Shown in pieces: positions 8,192 through 17,535 of a DNA stretch of 64,000 bases. The notes under the pieces are model-generated. The model did not search any database. It was given only the letters and a program-made list of their open reading frames with translations, and was not told where the DNA came from. The translations under genes were made by a program, and so were the position numbers. Source of the stretch: an uncultured Actinomycetota bacterium (lineage in GTDB: Bacteria; Actinomycetota; Actinomycetes; Actinomycetales; CAWJMD01); the NCBI GenBank assembly GCA_963700925.1, contig OY969553.1, forward strand, positions 2,252,459-2,316,458, read 5' to 3'. How positions within the stretch are numbered: the stretch's first letter is position 1; each line of letters opens with the position of its first letter.

Positions 8192-8590
8192 TCAGATCCA
8201 CCGGAACGAGGCGTTCTCGTTCTTGGTGACGTCGAGGTCCCGGACGGTGTTCGGCGCGACGTAGTCGGAGACGCCGCCCCAGTTGCTGTTGAAGTACACC
8301 CGGGCGGCCGTCGACGGACGCTTGTTCCACACGGCTGCGGCCCCGTTCTTCACCGGCTCGCCCCGGCCGTTGCCCGGGCTCTTGAACTTGTAGCCCGCGA
8401 GGTCGGCGACGTTCGCGTTGAAGTCGATGCCCGAACCCCAGCCGTACCGCTCGGAGTTGTAGTAGAAGCAGAACTCGTTGCTGTTGTTGCAGTATCCGTC
8501 GCCAACAGCAGCCGACGCAGACCCAGCACTTGCGGTCCACGCCATGACGGACGCGCCGACAACGGCAACGACCTTGGAAACCTTGCGCAT
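8192..8590 (-). CDS. Small secreted protein, peptidase-inhibitor I36 / beta-gamma-crystallin-like
   Basis: Start at MRKVSKVV (complement 8588-8590) after GAGGGGA, with a signal peptide ending ASAAV. The mature part (CNNSNEFCFYYNSERYGWGSGIDF...VKNGAAAVWN...VYFNSNWGG) resembles the I36-type fold. The family call is from memory. Confidence 0.6.
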   Translation of the reverse strand: MRKVSKVVAVVGASVMAWTASAGSASAAVGDGYCNNSNEFCFYYNSERYGWGSGIDFNANVADLAGYKFKSPGNGRGEPVKNGAAAVWNKRPSTAARVYFNSNWGGVSDYVAPNTVRDLDVTKNENASFRWI

Positions 8591-8827
8591 AGTCACATTC
8601 CCCTCTTGCCCCGAGGCACACGAGCCCCGAGGCGTCGTTGTGCTGAAGGGGACCACCGTCGATGACCCCCGCGAGGCGTGGCTCCCCAAACCCAAGCCTT
8701 CCCCCCGCGCGGACTGTCTACCGAAGCGTTGGGGCACAGGTCTAATCGCGGACGACTCGCCTAAAGAGGCCAAAGCGCAGGGGTTTTCGTGCTGGGATGC
8801 GCCAGATAGCCATTCCAGCAACGAGTG

Positions 8828-9193
8828 TCAGGTCCATGAATCACTCGAATGGGTGGTGATCCTGACATTGAGCACGGCGCTGTGGTAGGCAGTTGAGTCG
8901 AAGAAGTGGTCCTGGCCGAGCAGGAGCACGTCGTGACGCCATCGGAGGTCGTCTCGGCCCGCTGGGTGGATCCGGGCGTCCTCGAGCCCGATGCTCTGGC
9001 TGTGCACGGCGAGACCGCGAGCGCGAAGCGCGGCGGTGAGGAGCTCACGCAGCTCGGTCGGTCGCGGCTCAGCGGCGAGCAGCACGCCGCGAGCGGGGGC
9101 TGCTCTGGAGGCGAGGATCAGCAGACCCTGCGCGAGCTCACCGGCGGAGATGAGCGAGTGTCGGACGGCGCCCAGAGCTGCCTTCGGGACCAC
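8828..9193 (-). CDS. Hypothetical protein or gene remnant (start uncertain)
   Basis: Coding-like GC3 over about 120 codons (GELAQGLLILASRAAPARGVLLAAEPRPTELRELLTAALRARGLAVHSQ...LLLGQDHFFDSTAYH). There is no in-frame ATG in the plausible part. A GTG at complement 9191-9193 is the only candidate start. Family not recognised. Confidence 0.3.
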   Translation of the reverse strand: MVPKAALGAVRHSLISAGELAQGLLILASRAAPARGVLLAAEPRPTELRELLTAALRARGLAVHSQSIGLEDARIHPAGRDDLRWRHDVLLLGQDHFFDSTAYHSAVLNVRITTHSSDSWT

Positions 9194-9332
9194 CTCGACC
9201 GCTGGCTGGCAGGCACCTCGGTCCAATGCTCCGCGTGAGCGGCTCCGTGAAGCAGGGAGATGCCGTTTCGCCAAGGGGGGTGGGCCTCTGGTAGAACGTG
9301 CACCCGCACTCGCATCTACAGGGGGACTCGGC

Positions 9333-9701
9333 ATGAAGATCCGCAGCATTGCGACGGCGACCGCCGTCCTGGCACTGACCTTCGGGACGGCTCCGGCGGC
9401 CATGGCCAACAGCTTCGACGAGAACGTGGGTGGTGGTGGTCGCGTCTGGTACAACGACGGCACCGACACCCTGTGCGCCTCGCTCTCGAGCTCGGCCTCC
9501 TACGACGTCATGAGCCTGACGGCGCGACCGGAGACCGCGGGTCGAGGGCCGACGTTGGAGTACACGCTCTACCGGGGCCAGAGCCGATGCAAGTCGCTCG
9601 CGACGGCGTACGAGGACTCCGCGTACTTCTACGGCGGTGTGCTGGGATTCGTCCCGCCGGACCGCTCTGGCCGCCGATTCGGGGACTACTTCTTCAGCTG
9701 A
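9333..9701 (+). CDS. Small secreted hypothetical protein
   Basis: MKIRSIATATAVLALTFGTAPAAMA signal peptide. The mature part is about 97 aa with 2 Cys. The 236-aa track ORF is an upstream extension. Confidence 0.6.
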   Translation: MKIRSIATATAVLALTFGTAPAAMANSFDENVGGGGRVWYNDGTDTLCASLSSSASYDVMSLTARPETAGRGPTLEYTLYRGQSRCKSLATAYEDSAYFYGGVLGFVPPDRSGRRFGDYFFS

Positions 9702-9816
9702 CCCGTTTTCCTCGGACTCGGGGCGCGGCGAGGCCACGTCTTCAGTCGGGCTCGCCCGCGCCACCCACCGGCCGGTCTGTTGACATTCGCGCCGTCACTA
9801 GTGAACGGTTCCCCCC

Positions 9817-10242
9817 ATGCGCCGACACTTGACATCAATCCTGGCACTTGCCGCAATCTTCGCATTCATGGCTCCGGGCTCCGCGCAGGCGGCCACGCTC
9901 GAACAGAACGTCGCCAGCGGCATTTCCTCCCAACCCTCCTGCCAGGCGTTCAGCGACCATCCTGTGGGGTCGGCGTGCTTCCATGCGGACGGCGACTACT
10001 TCTACATCTCCGACTACAGCGGGCCCGGCAAGGTCGCGGTGTACTGGAAGCTGGCTGACGGCTCGCGCCACGGGATCATTCGGTGGGCTGCGACCGAGCA
10101 GTACACGCGTGGGGTCGAGAACAAGAACTTCATCGAGGGCAAGCAGATCGGCATCCGGTTCGGCGTGTGCATGAACTCTGCCTGCGACCGAGTCGCGGAC
10201 CTCAATTTCCAGGGGAGCAGCTGGTCCTGGACCAGCGCCTGA
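9817..10242 (+). CDS. Small secreted hypothetical protein
   Basis: MRRHLTSILALAAIFAFMAPGSAQA signal peptide. The mature part is about 116 aa with 4 Cys. High GC3. Confidence 0.65.
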   Translation: MRRHLTSILALAAIFAFMAPGSAQAATLEQNVASGISSQPSCQAFSDHPVGSACFHADGDYFYISDYSGPGKVAVYWKLADGSRHGIIRWAATEQYTRGVENKNFIEGKQIGIRFGVCMNSACDRVADLNFQGSSWSWTSA

Positions 10243-10266
10243 TCGCACAGCGACCAGCCCTGAGGT

Positions 10267-10899
10267 TCAGGCGGCCCCTGCCTCGAGGTCGAGCAGGTAG
10301 CGCTTGGCCTCGGTACCGCCGGCGTAGCCCGTGAGCGCCCCGGACGCGCCGACGACCCGGTGGCACGGCAGCAGAACGCACAGCGGGTTGGCGCCGAGGG
10401 CGGCCCCGACGGCACGGGCGGCGCTCGGCCGTCCGACCGACCGGGCCAGCTCGCCGTACGTCGCGCGCTGGCCGTAGCCCGCCGCCGCTGGTAGGGCGGT
10501 CAGCACGTCGCGCTGGAACGCCGAAGCCAGCACCGGGTCGACCGTGACGTCGAACTGGGTCCGGCGCCCGGCGAGGTACTCGTCGAGCTGGCGGCGCACC
10601 TCGTCGGTCGGACGGGGGGCGCGCAGCACCCGGGGCGAGACCACGTCGGCCAGCCGCTGCAGCAGGGCATCGGCGGCGGCGTCGTCGTCGGCGAACCGGC
10701 TCGCCACCACCGCGCCGTCGGCGCGAACCGCCAGCAGCATCCGGCCGATCGGGCTGTCCTGCAGCGTGTACGAGACGTCACCGGCCGGCAGCACCGGCGG
10801 GCCGATGTCGGGGGCGAAGTCGCGTAGAGCCCGGCCGACCTCATCGGAAGGGTCATCAGAGGGGTCGGCGTCGAGGAAAGGCGTTGGGGTCTGGTTCAT
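10267..10899 (-). CDS. ogt: Methylated-DNA--protein-cysteine methyltransferase (MGMT/Ogt)
   Basis: Active-site PCHRV (LLPCHRVVGASGALTGYAGG) and the helix-turn-wing region YGELARSVGRPSAARAVGAALGANP. Confidence 0.9.
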   Translation of the reverse strand: MNQTPTPFLDADPSDDPSDEVGRALRDFAPDIGPPVLPAGDVSYTLQDSPIGRMLLAVRADGAVVASRFADDDAAADALLQRLADVVSPRVLRAPRPTDEVRRQLDEYLAGRRTQFDVTVDPVLASAFQRDVLTALPAAAGYGQRATYGELARSVGRPSAARAVGAALGANPLCVLLPCHRVVGASGALTGYAGGTEAKRYLLDLEAGAA

Positions 10900-10905
10900 C
10901 TCCGG

Positions 10906-11418
10906 TCACGCTCCGTTCAGGCGGGGGTCATGGGAGCCGGTCAGGCTCAGGTCTGTGCGCAGGGTTGCCAGGGCGTCGCTGACCAGCCGTCGGCTGGCTG
11001 CGGGCGTGGTGCCCAGAGCGGCGGCCACACCGGCGTGGTCGAGGTCGGCGACGTACTTGAGGGCGACGGCGGTGCGCTGGCGATCGGGCAGCCGGCGCAC
11101 CGCCACCCACAGGTCGGCGTCGCCGAGCACGGCATCAGCCCCGGGCGCGGCCCCACCAGAGTCCTCCGGCAGGTGCTCGACCGGCACGGCGCGCCGGCTC
11201 CTGCCGCGGTGAGCGTCCATCGCGCAGCGCGAGGTGACCGTCATCAGCCATCCCCGCAGGTTTCGCGCGTTGCGCAGGGACGGGTACGCCGCGAGCGCCT
11301 GGGTCCAGGCCTGCTGCGCCACGTCGGGCCCGTCGACCGGACCGGCGAGTGCATGAGCGAGCCGGCCGACGTCGCGCCAGTGCGCGTCGACCAGCTGTTG
11401 GAAAGGGGGCAGGCTCAT
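10906..11418 (-). CDS. ECF-type RNA polymerase sigma factor
   Basis: 170 aa. Region 2 (AQQAWTQALAAYPSLRNARNLRGWLMTVTSRCAMDAHR) and region 4 (LPDRQRTAVALKYVADLDHAGVAAALGTTPAASRRLV). Its stop lies 6 nt before the ogt start. Confidence 0.85.
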   Translation of the reverse strand: MSLPPFQQLVDAHWRDVGRLAHALAGPVDGPDVAQQAWTQALAAYPSLRNARNLRGWLMTVTSRCAMDAHRGRSRRAVPVEHLPEDSGGAAPGADAVLGDADLWVAVRRLPDRQRTAVALKYVADLDHAGVAAALGTTPAASRRLVSDALATLRTDLSLTGSHDPRLNGA

Positions 11419-11470
11419 GTTGCTTCAACGCTACGGGCGTCGGACGTGTGAGGCTGTACACGTGCACGAT

Positions 11471-12313
11471 GTGGCGAACCCGCAGGTGCGGCCACGCGTC
11501 GTTGCGCACCGCGGCTCCTCGCGCGACTACCCCGAGCACACGCTGGAGGCATACCAGCGAGCCTTCGACGTCGGAGCCGACGGCATCGAGTGCGACGTTC
11601 GGCTGACGCGCGACGGCCAGCTCGTCTGCGTGCACGACCGCCGCGTCGACCGGGTCTCGAACGGCATCGGCAAGGTCAGCCTGTTCACTCTCGCCCAGCT
11701 GCGCGAGATGCAGTGGGGCAATGGGGCTTTCCAGGTTCTGACGCTGCGGCAGCTGCTCGCCCTCATCGCCGACCAGGACCCGTCGAGAGGCATCGAGATC
11801 GCGATCGAGACCAAGCACCCGAACCGGTATGCCGGGGCGGTGGAGCGTGAGGTGGTCGACCAGCTCGACTGGTTCGGATGGGTGCCGCACTCGCCGGGCG
11901 CGACCACGCCGGCGCGGGTGATGAGCTTCTCCGAAGTGGCGCTGCAGAGGTTGCTGCGCTGGGCGCCCACGGTCCCTCGGGTGTACCTCGTCAAGGCCCG
12001 TGGCAAGGACAAGAAGCCGGTCCGGCGGCGGCCGGCGGCCCCCGGTGGCGCAGTCGGCATGCTGCGGACTGCCGTGGGTCAGGTGCCGGCAGAGGCCTGC
12101 ACGGTCGGGCTGGACGTGCGGCTGGTCCGCGCGCAGCCCGAGCTCGTGTCGCGGTACCAGTCGCGGGGGTACGCGGTGCACGCCTGGACGGTCGACCAGC
12201 ACGAGGATCTGCGCGCCTGTGTGGACGCCGGCATCACCGCGATCATCACCAACAGACCGGACCACGTGCTCGCGTGGCTGGACGGTCGGCAGGTGCCCCG
12301 ACCGCTGCCATGA
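11471..12313 (+). CDS. Glycerophosphodiester phosphodiesterase
   Basis: VVAHRGSSRDYPEHTLEAYQRAFDVGADGIECDVRLTRDGQLVCVHD is the GDPD signature. GTG 11471 was chosen because ATG 11417 would overlap the divergent sigma start. Confidence 0.85.
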   Translation: MANPQVRPRVVAHRGSSRDYPEHTLEAYQRAFDVGADGIECDVRLTRDGQLVCVHDRRVDRVSNGIGKVSLFTLAQLREMQWGNGAFQVLTLRQLLALIADQDPSRGIEIAIETKHPNRYAGAVEREVVDQLDWFGWVPHSPGATTPARVMSFSEVALQRLLRWAPTVPRVYLVKARGKDKKPVRRRPAAPGGAVGMLRTAVGQVPAEACTVGLDVRLVRAQPELVSRYQSRGYAVHAWTVDQHEDLRACVDAGITAIITNRPDHVLAWLDGRQVPRPLP

Positions 12314-12463
12314 CGGACGTGTGATTGATGCCGGTGCGCCCCCGGGTACAGGATGGGCGCCACGGCACCCGTCCGCTGTGCACGCCCGCGACGTCCACGC
12401 GGGATTCCGGTGGGCTCCGGATGGGGCCGATGGGGCGGGCGTCACGACGAGAGCGAGCAGCCG

Positions 12464-12943
12464 ATGACCTCAGCAGCGGCTCACCGCGGTCCGGAGACGG
12501 ATGCGCGGGAGCTGGTGGCTTCGACCCAGCGCGGTGACGCGCGGGCGATCTCGGTGCCCCACCGGGCAGCCGGGGTGCCGGCCGCACGCCGCGCGCTGCT
12601 CAAGGACATCGTTCCCCAGCTCGACGCGGCCGTCGTCCACGAAACGGCAGTGGTCGCCTCCGAGCTGCTGGGCAACGCGATCCTGCATGCAAGCCCTCTC
12701 GAGGACGGACGGGTACGCCTGCGCTGGCAGGTGCGAGGCGGTGTCGTCGACCTCGAGGTGACGGACGGGGGGTCGCGCAAGCAGATCCGGCCGCTGCGCG
12801 TGACGCCGCTGTCGACGCACGGCCGCGGGCTGCGCATCGTGCGTCACCTCGCTCACGAGTGGGGAGTGATCGAGGACGACGCCGGCCACCGCACGGTGTG
12901 GGCGTGCCTCGGTGGCCCGTCCCGGCGCCGCCGCCGCGCCTGA
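12464..12943 (+). CDS. HATPase_c-type anti-sigma factor / serine kinase-like protein (RsbW-like)
   Basis: VVASELLGNAILHA...DLEVTDGG...HGRGLRIVRHLAHEWGV carries the N, G1 and G2-like boxes of small anti-sigma kinases. Start ATG 12464 is uncertain. Confidence 0.7.
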   Translation: MTSAAAHRGPETDARELVASTQRGDARAISVPHRAAGVPAARRALLKDIVPQLDAAVVHETAVVASELLGNAILHASPLEDGRVRLRWQVRGGVVDLEVTDGGSRKQIRPLRVTPLSTHGRGLRIVRHLAHEWGVIEDDAGHRTVWACLGGPSRRRRRA

Positions 12944-12958
12944 CTAGTCTCGCTGACC

Positions 12959-13939
12959 ATGGGAAAGAAGTCTCGACGGGCGCGATCGTCCGCAGCCGGC
13001 TCGGGTACAGCGGTGGCCGACATCGACCCGGCCGACGTTCCGGTCGTCGGTCTGCGCGAGCCGTGCCCCTGCGGTAGCGGCAAGCGGTACAAGCTGTGCC
13101 ACGGACGGGGGGCCGCCATCACCGAGATGGCCTTGGTGACAAGGCCTTTCGCGGGTCTGGCACACGAGGGCGACTGGGTGGCCATGCGCGAGGTGGTGCC
13201 CGCCGCGACGGCCACCGTCCGCACGACTGCTGAGTTCGGATCGCACGAGGTGATCGTCGCGACGATGCTGCCGATGGCGTGGGCCGCGCTGCACCGGCCC
13301 GACGGGGCACTGCTCGTCGGCCTGCAGACGCAGGGCGGCTCGGGTGACCCGAGCCGCGACACGGCTGCTGCGCTCCTGGCGGCGAAGGAGGTGGAGCCCG
13401 GCACGCCGATCGCGGGCGTTGGCCTGCCCGGTGCCGGACCGCGGCTGCAGGACGTGCTCGACTCCGACTCGGGCTTCGACGTCCGCGTTCGAGAGGGGTT
13501 CGACTTCTGGCTGGCCGACGACGCGGAGCAGACCGACGACGTGCGCGAGTCGATGGAGCGCGCCAATGCGTCGGTGATCCCGACCGAGCGGCTGGTGTCG
13601 GTCGAGTCGGCCTACTGGTGCCGGATCGGTGATCGCAGCCACCTGCGCTGGGTGCTGCCGCACGACGAGGAGCCGCTGCTCGACGCGATCGCGCGGCTGC
13701 ACGCCCGGGGCGGCTCGAACCTCGGTGAGGGCACCCGGTACATCGGCGCCTTCCGCGCGCACGGGCTGCTGGTGCCGGTCTGGGACCTCGCGCACGGAGC
13801 GGTGGCCGACGACGTCGAGGAGCCCGCGCAGGCTTTTGCGGCACGCCTTGATGAGGCGCTGGCCGAGACCGGCGACCTGACCACCGAGGAGCGCCGCGCC
13901 CGCGCCGGCGTCGTGTCGCGCCAGCTCACCCTGCGCTGA
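12959..13939 (+). CDS. SEC-C metal-binding motif protein (conserved actinobacterial, DUF5926-like)
   Basis: N-terminal CPCGSGKRYKLCHG SEC-C motif followed by about 280 aa of conserved-looking sequence. High GC3. Confidence 0.75.
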   Translation: MGKKSRRARSSAAGSGTAVADIDPADVPVVGLREPCPCGSGKRYKLCHGRGAAITEMALVTRPFAGLAHEGDWVAMREVVPAATATVRTTAEFGSHEVIVATMLPMAWAALHRPDGALLVGLQTQGGSGDPSRDTAAALLAAKEVEPGTPIAGVGLPGAGPRLQDVLDSDSGFDVRVREGFDFWLADDAEQTDDVRESMERANASVIPTERLVSVESAYWCRIGDRSHLRWVLPHDEEPLLDAIARLHARGGSNLGEGTRYIGAFRAHGLLVPVWDLAHGAVADDVEEPAQAFAARLDEALAETGDLTTEERRARAGVVSRQLTLR

Positions 13940-13942
13940 GGG

Positions 13943-14731
13943 TCAGCTGGAGGGCTGCAGGAGCTCGGTCAGCAGCGTGGGCGCCTTGAGCTGACCGGCC
14001 AGCACTCCAGACTCGACCTGCCATTCCCGCTGGACTGTTGTGCCGTCGGTCATGTCGAAGCGCAGCAACGCTGCTTCCTCCTGGCTAGACCATGGCGAGC
14101 GCAGCGTTGGTGTCGCGAGCACGGCGTCGACCACTCGCGCCACATCTGCCGGGTCCTGCACCGTGCGCAGGATGTCCTCGTCGCGCTCGCCGCCCACGTG
14201 ATGGACCGCCTTCACCTTCCCGCGCAGGTCGAGCAGGTCCTCCCCGGTGGCCGCACCGTCAATCGTGAACGGCTCGTAGACCCGCCACTCGCCCCGCTCG
14301 AGAGCCGCGAGACGGAAGTTGGTGCGGTAACCGTCGACCGCCCGCAGCTCGGTGCCTGCGGGCAGGTAGGCGGCGTCACCCTCGCGCTGCTCGTGGCCCG
14401 TCCCGACGACGTCCGCGATCCGACAGTTGACCGTCGCCACCACGTCCCCCACAGCCGACGCAGGAACGATTACCTCGGGCCCGTACGCGGCATGGAACGA
14501 GACTCCGTCGACGATGACGAAGTCCGCCCAGTCGATCGTGTAGTTCTCGCTGGCGCCGGGTGGCGGGCAGGGAGCCGCGGGAGGGACCGCTGTCAGCGAT
14601 GCGGTTGCAGCGGCGGACGACGTCTGCATGGTGGTCTCGTCTGTCTGCGCGTCGGCGCCGCAGCCGGCTGCGGCAACAAGGAGCACACAGGTTCCGGGGA
14701 GCCACCGGAACCCGGCTGGCAAGGAGCGCAT
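13943..14731 (-). CDS. Hypothetical lipoprotein
   Basis: Signal peptide plus lipobox (LLVAAAGCGA). Coherent GC3. No catalytic motif recognised. Confidence 0.65.
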   Translation of the reverse strand: MRSLPAGFRWLPGTCVLLVAAAGCGADAQTDETTMQTSSAAATASLTAVPPAAPCPPPGASENYTIDWADFVIVDGVSFHAAYGPEVIVPASAVGDVVATVNCRIADVVGTGHEQREGDAAYLPAGTELRAVDGYRTNFRLAALERGEWRVYEPFTIDGAATGEDLLDLRGKVKAVHHVGGERDEDILRTVQDPADVARVVDAVLATPTLRSPWSSQEEAALLRFDMTDGTTVQREWQVESGVLAGQLKAPTLLTELLQPSS

Positions 14732-14785
14732 GCCGGTGGGACGCGTCGCGTGGGGCTTCGGTTCCTGTGTCTCCTCAGAAGCGCC

Positions 14786-16063
14786 TCAGACCGGCAGCGG
14801 GTCGCGCGAGATCGGGCACGACATGCACCGGGGACCGCCGCGTCCAGAACCCAGCTCGGTGCCACTGATCGCGATCACCTCGATGCCATGGTGTTCGAGC
14901 CGGGCGTTGGTCTCGATGTTGCGCTCGTAGGCGACCACGACGCCCGGGGCGAGGGCGAGGGTGTTGTTGCCGTCGTCCCACTGCTCGCGCTCGGCGGTGA
15001 CGGGGTCGAGCCCGGTGTCGATCACCCGCAGGCGCTCGATCTGCATCGCAGCGGCCGCGGCCTCGAGGAACGGCTGCGGGCCGGTGACGTGCACGTCGTC
15101 GTTGGCGGCGGTCACCGTGTACGCGGCGAGTGTGTGGGCGATGTTCGGGTACATCACGACGGCGTCGGCGTCGACCATGGTGCAGACCGTGTCGAGGTGC
15201 ATCGTCGCGCGCTCCTGCGCGATCGGCACGGCCAGCACCGTGTGGGCGACTCCCGCCGAAAACACCTGTCGTGCAAGCCTTTCGACTCCAGCCGGCGTTG
15301 TTCGCTCGCCGGTTCCGACAGCGAGCACACCCTTACCGAGCACCAGCACGTCGCCACCCTCGACGTGCTCCATCGACGGCTCGTAGACGAGCTGCGTGCC
15401 CGCAAACCGCGGGTGGTGCGTGTAGATGATCCGAGTCAGCGAGGTCTCGCGCTCGCGGGCGGGCATGGCCAGCGACGTCACGGCGACGCGGTCGCCGATC
15501 CACACCGAAGAGTCGCGCGTGAAGAGCAGATTGGGCAGCGGGTCCACGACGAAGTCGGCGGGGTCGTGCAGCACCGACACCAGACCAGGGTCGGCGACCG
15601 GACGGGCGTGCTCGAGCTCGTCGAGGCGCAACCCGGCCATTAGCACGCCGGCCAGTGCGGCGGACTCGAGCTCGTCGACGTACGCCTTGACCCGGCGCGC
15701 CATCGTGACGCCGAGACGCGGATCGGCGAGCACCGCGTCGACCGCGTCGACTCGCGCCTGCGGGACGGCCAGCGCCTCCTCCACCAGTCCGGCCAGGTAG
15801 AGCACCTCGACACCCCGGTCGCGCAGCGCGTCGGCGAACGCGTCGTGCTCGTCCTGCGCGCGCGAGACCCACGGGATGCCGTCGAACAGCAAGCGGTCGT
15901 TGTTGCGGGGCGTCAGGCGCGAGAGCTCGGGTCCGGGGCGATGCAGCACGACCGAGCGCAGGCGACCGACCTCACTGGTCACCTCGTGCGGTGCGTCAGC
16001 GGTCACGGTGCGCGCGTCCCCGGCCTCGGCCGTCGCGGACAGGGTTCCGGTGCTCTCGCTCAT
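14786..16063 (-). CDS. arcA: Arginine deiminase
   Basis: [15 protein letters not shown]...LLFD, the FTRD block and the C-terminal catalytic GGPRCMSCP. The start was moved to MSESTG (complement 16061-16063), giving about 425 aa. Confidence 0.9.
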   Translation of the reverse strand: MSESTGTLSATAEAGDARTVTADAPHEVTSEVGRLRSVVLHRPGPELSRLTPRNNDRLLFDGIPWVSRAQDEHDAFADALRDRGVEVLYLAGLVEEALAVPQARVDAVDAVLADPRLGVTMARRVKAYVDELESAALAGVLMAGLRLDELEHARPVADPGLVSVLHDPADFVVDPLPNLLFTRDSSVWIGDRVAVTSLAMPARERETSLTRIIYTHHPRFAGTQLVYEPSMEHVEGGDVLVLGKGVLAVGTGERTTPAGVERLARQVFSAGVAHTVLAVPIAQERATMHLDTVCTMVDADAVVMYPNIAHTLAAYTVTAANDDVHVTGPQPFLEAAAAAMQIERLRVIDTGLDPVTAEREQWDDGNNTLALAPGVVVAYERNIETNARLEHHGIEVIAISGTELGSGRGGPRCMSCPISRDPLPV

Positions 16064-16147
16064 GGCCGGGAGGCTAGCGGCTGACCAGCATGTGAGAAGT
16101 CCTGTGGTCCCCGGATGACCCACGCGTAGTTCGGCCGTTGTGCAGGA

Positions 16148-16645
16148 ATGGCCACTGGACTCTTCTTCCCGCGCGTCGTCGACGAGGTCACCGTGCGGCT
16201 GGTGGCGGCCCAGGTGCTGGTCGTGACGTCGCTCGCCGCGGCGACCGGCTGGCTGTGGCTGTTCGGCCTGCTCGCGGTCGACTTCACGCTTCGCGTCGCC
16301 TACGGGCCACGCAGCCCCCTCGCCCACGTCGCTCGGCGCTTCCTGCGTCCGCGGATCGCGGCCGAGGTGCGGCCGACGCCGGGCCCGCCGAAACGCTTCG
16401 CCGCCACCCTCGGCGCGGTGATGTCAGTGCTCGTCGTCGTGTTCGCTTACGGCACCGGATGGACGGCAGCCGCCTGGGTCGTCGTCGCCGCGATGGTGGT
16501 CTTCCCGTTCCTCGAGGCGGCGTTCGGGCTGTGCGTCGGATGCCAGGTCTTCGCGCTGCTGATGCGGCTGGGCGCGATACCGCAGGCGGTGTGCGAGGAC
16601 TGCGCGGACATCTCCAGGCGCCGCCCGTCCACCCTCGAGGCCTGA
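16148..16645 (+). CDS. DUF4395-family membrane protein
   Basis: Four hydrophobic segments and a C-terminal GLCVGCQVF...CEDC motif typical of this family. Confidence 0.7.
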   Translation: MATGLFFPRVVDEVTVRLVAAQVLVVTSLAAATGWLWLFGLLAVDFTLRVAYGPRSPLAHVARRFLRPRIAAEVRPTPGPPKRFAATLGAVMSVLVVVFAYGTGWTAAAWVVVAAMVVFPFLEAAFGLCVGCQVFALLMRLGAIPQAVCEDCADISRRRPSTLEA

Positions 16646-16699
16646 GCCCCGCTCTCGAGCCGGAGGGCGCCGCGAGGCGAACCCCCTACGCTGGCCGCC

Positions 16700-17470
16700 G
16701 TGAGCGCCGAGGCTTCTGTCGTCCCCGACCGCGTTGCGGTCGTCATCCCCGCCAAGGACGAGGCCGAGCGCATCGCCGCCACGGTGACGGCCGCGGCCTC
16801 GATCCCGGGGGTCGACCTGGTGGTCGTGGTCGACGACGGCAGCACCGACACCACCCAGCACCTCGCCCGTGACGCAGGTGCCGTCGTCGTGCGACACCAG
16901 CGCAACCGCGGCAAGGCGGCCGCGCTCGAGACCGGCGCGCACGCCGTCGCGCTGCGCGAGATCAATCCGGGGGAGGGCCTGGAGGGCCAGGCGTCGCGTG
17001 CGCTCCTCTTCGTGGACGGTGACCTGGCCGGGACGGCAGCGAACACCGCGCCACTGACGGTCCCGGTGCTGGCGGGTGAGGCCGACATGACGATCGCCCT
17101 GCTCCCGGCTCAGTCGACGCCCGGCGGCGGACGGGGCCTGGTGGTCAACCTGTCGCGCAAGGGCATCCTCCGGGCCACCGGCTGGACCGCGACGCAGCCG
17201 CTGTCGGGCATGCGGTGCCTGACCCGCGAGGCGTTCGAGGCCGCCCGTCCCCTCGCCAGGGGGTGGGGGGTCGAGACGGCGATGACGATCGACCTGCTGA
17301 CGGCGGGCTTCAGGGTCGAGGAGGTGCCCTGCGACCTGCAGCATCGCGTCAGCGGCACCGGCCTGGCAGCCCAGATGCACCGCGGCTCGCAGTACCGCGA
17401 CGTCGCGCTGGCGCTCGCCGTCCGGCGTGCACGGGGTCTGGCCGGCGCGCTCCCCTGGAGGCGAGGCTGA
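16700..17470 (+). CDS. Family 2 glycosyltransferase
   Basis: VAVVIPAKDEAERI...VVVDDGSTDTT...RNRGKAAALETG and a later DGD motif. GT-A fold signature. Confidence 0.85.
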   Translation: MSAEASVVPDRVAVVIPAKDEAERIAATVTAAASIPGVDLVVVVDDGSTDTTQHLARDAGAVVVRHQRNRGKAAALETGAHAVALREINPGEGLEGQASRALLFVDGDLAGTAANTAPLTVPVLAGEADMTIALLPAQSTPGGGRGLVVNLSRKGILRATGWTATQPLSGMRCLTREAFEAARPLARGWGVETAMTIDLLTAGFRVEEVPCDLQHRVSGTGLAAQMHRGSQYRDVALALAVRRARGLAGALPWRRG

Positions 17471-17535
17471 GCGCCGCGTCCCGCGGAAGGGGGGCCGCGG
17501 CGTGCCTGGCGGCTTCGGGGACGGCACTGCTGGGG

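Noticed and set aside
14198-15643. 481-aa plus-strand ORF
   Set aside because: It is antisense to arginine deiminase and the neighbouring lipoprotein gene. It is a His/Arg/Gly/Asp-rich shadow frame.
17215-17466. ATG-initiated N-terminal extension of the MptB-like membrane protein
   Set aside because: It overlaps the last 85 codons of the GT2 gene in another frame and translates to an Arg/Gly-rich sequence. The real start must be a non-ATG codon at or after 17467.
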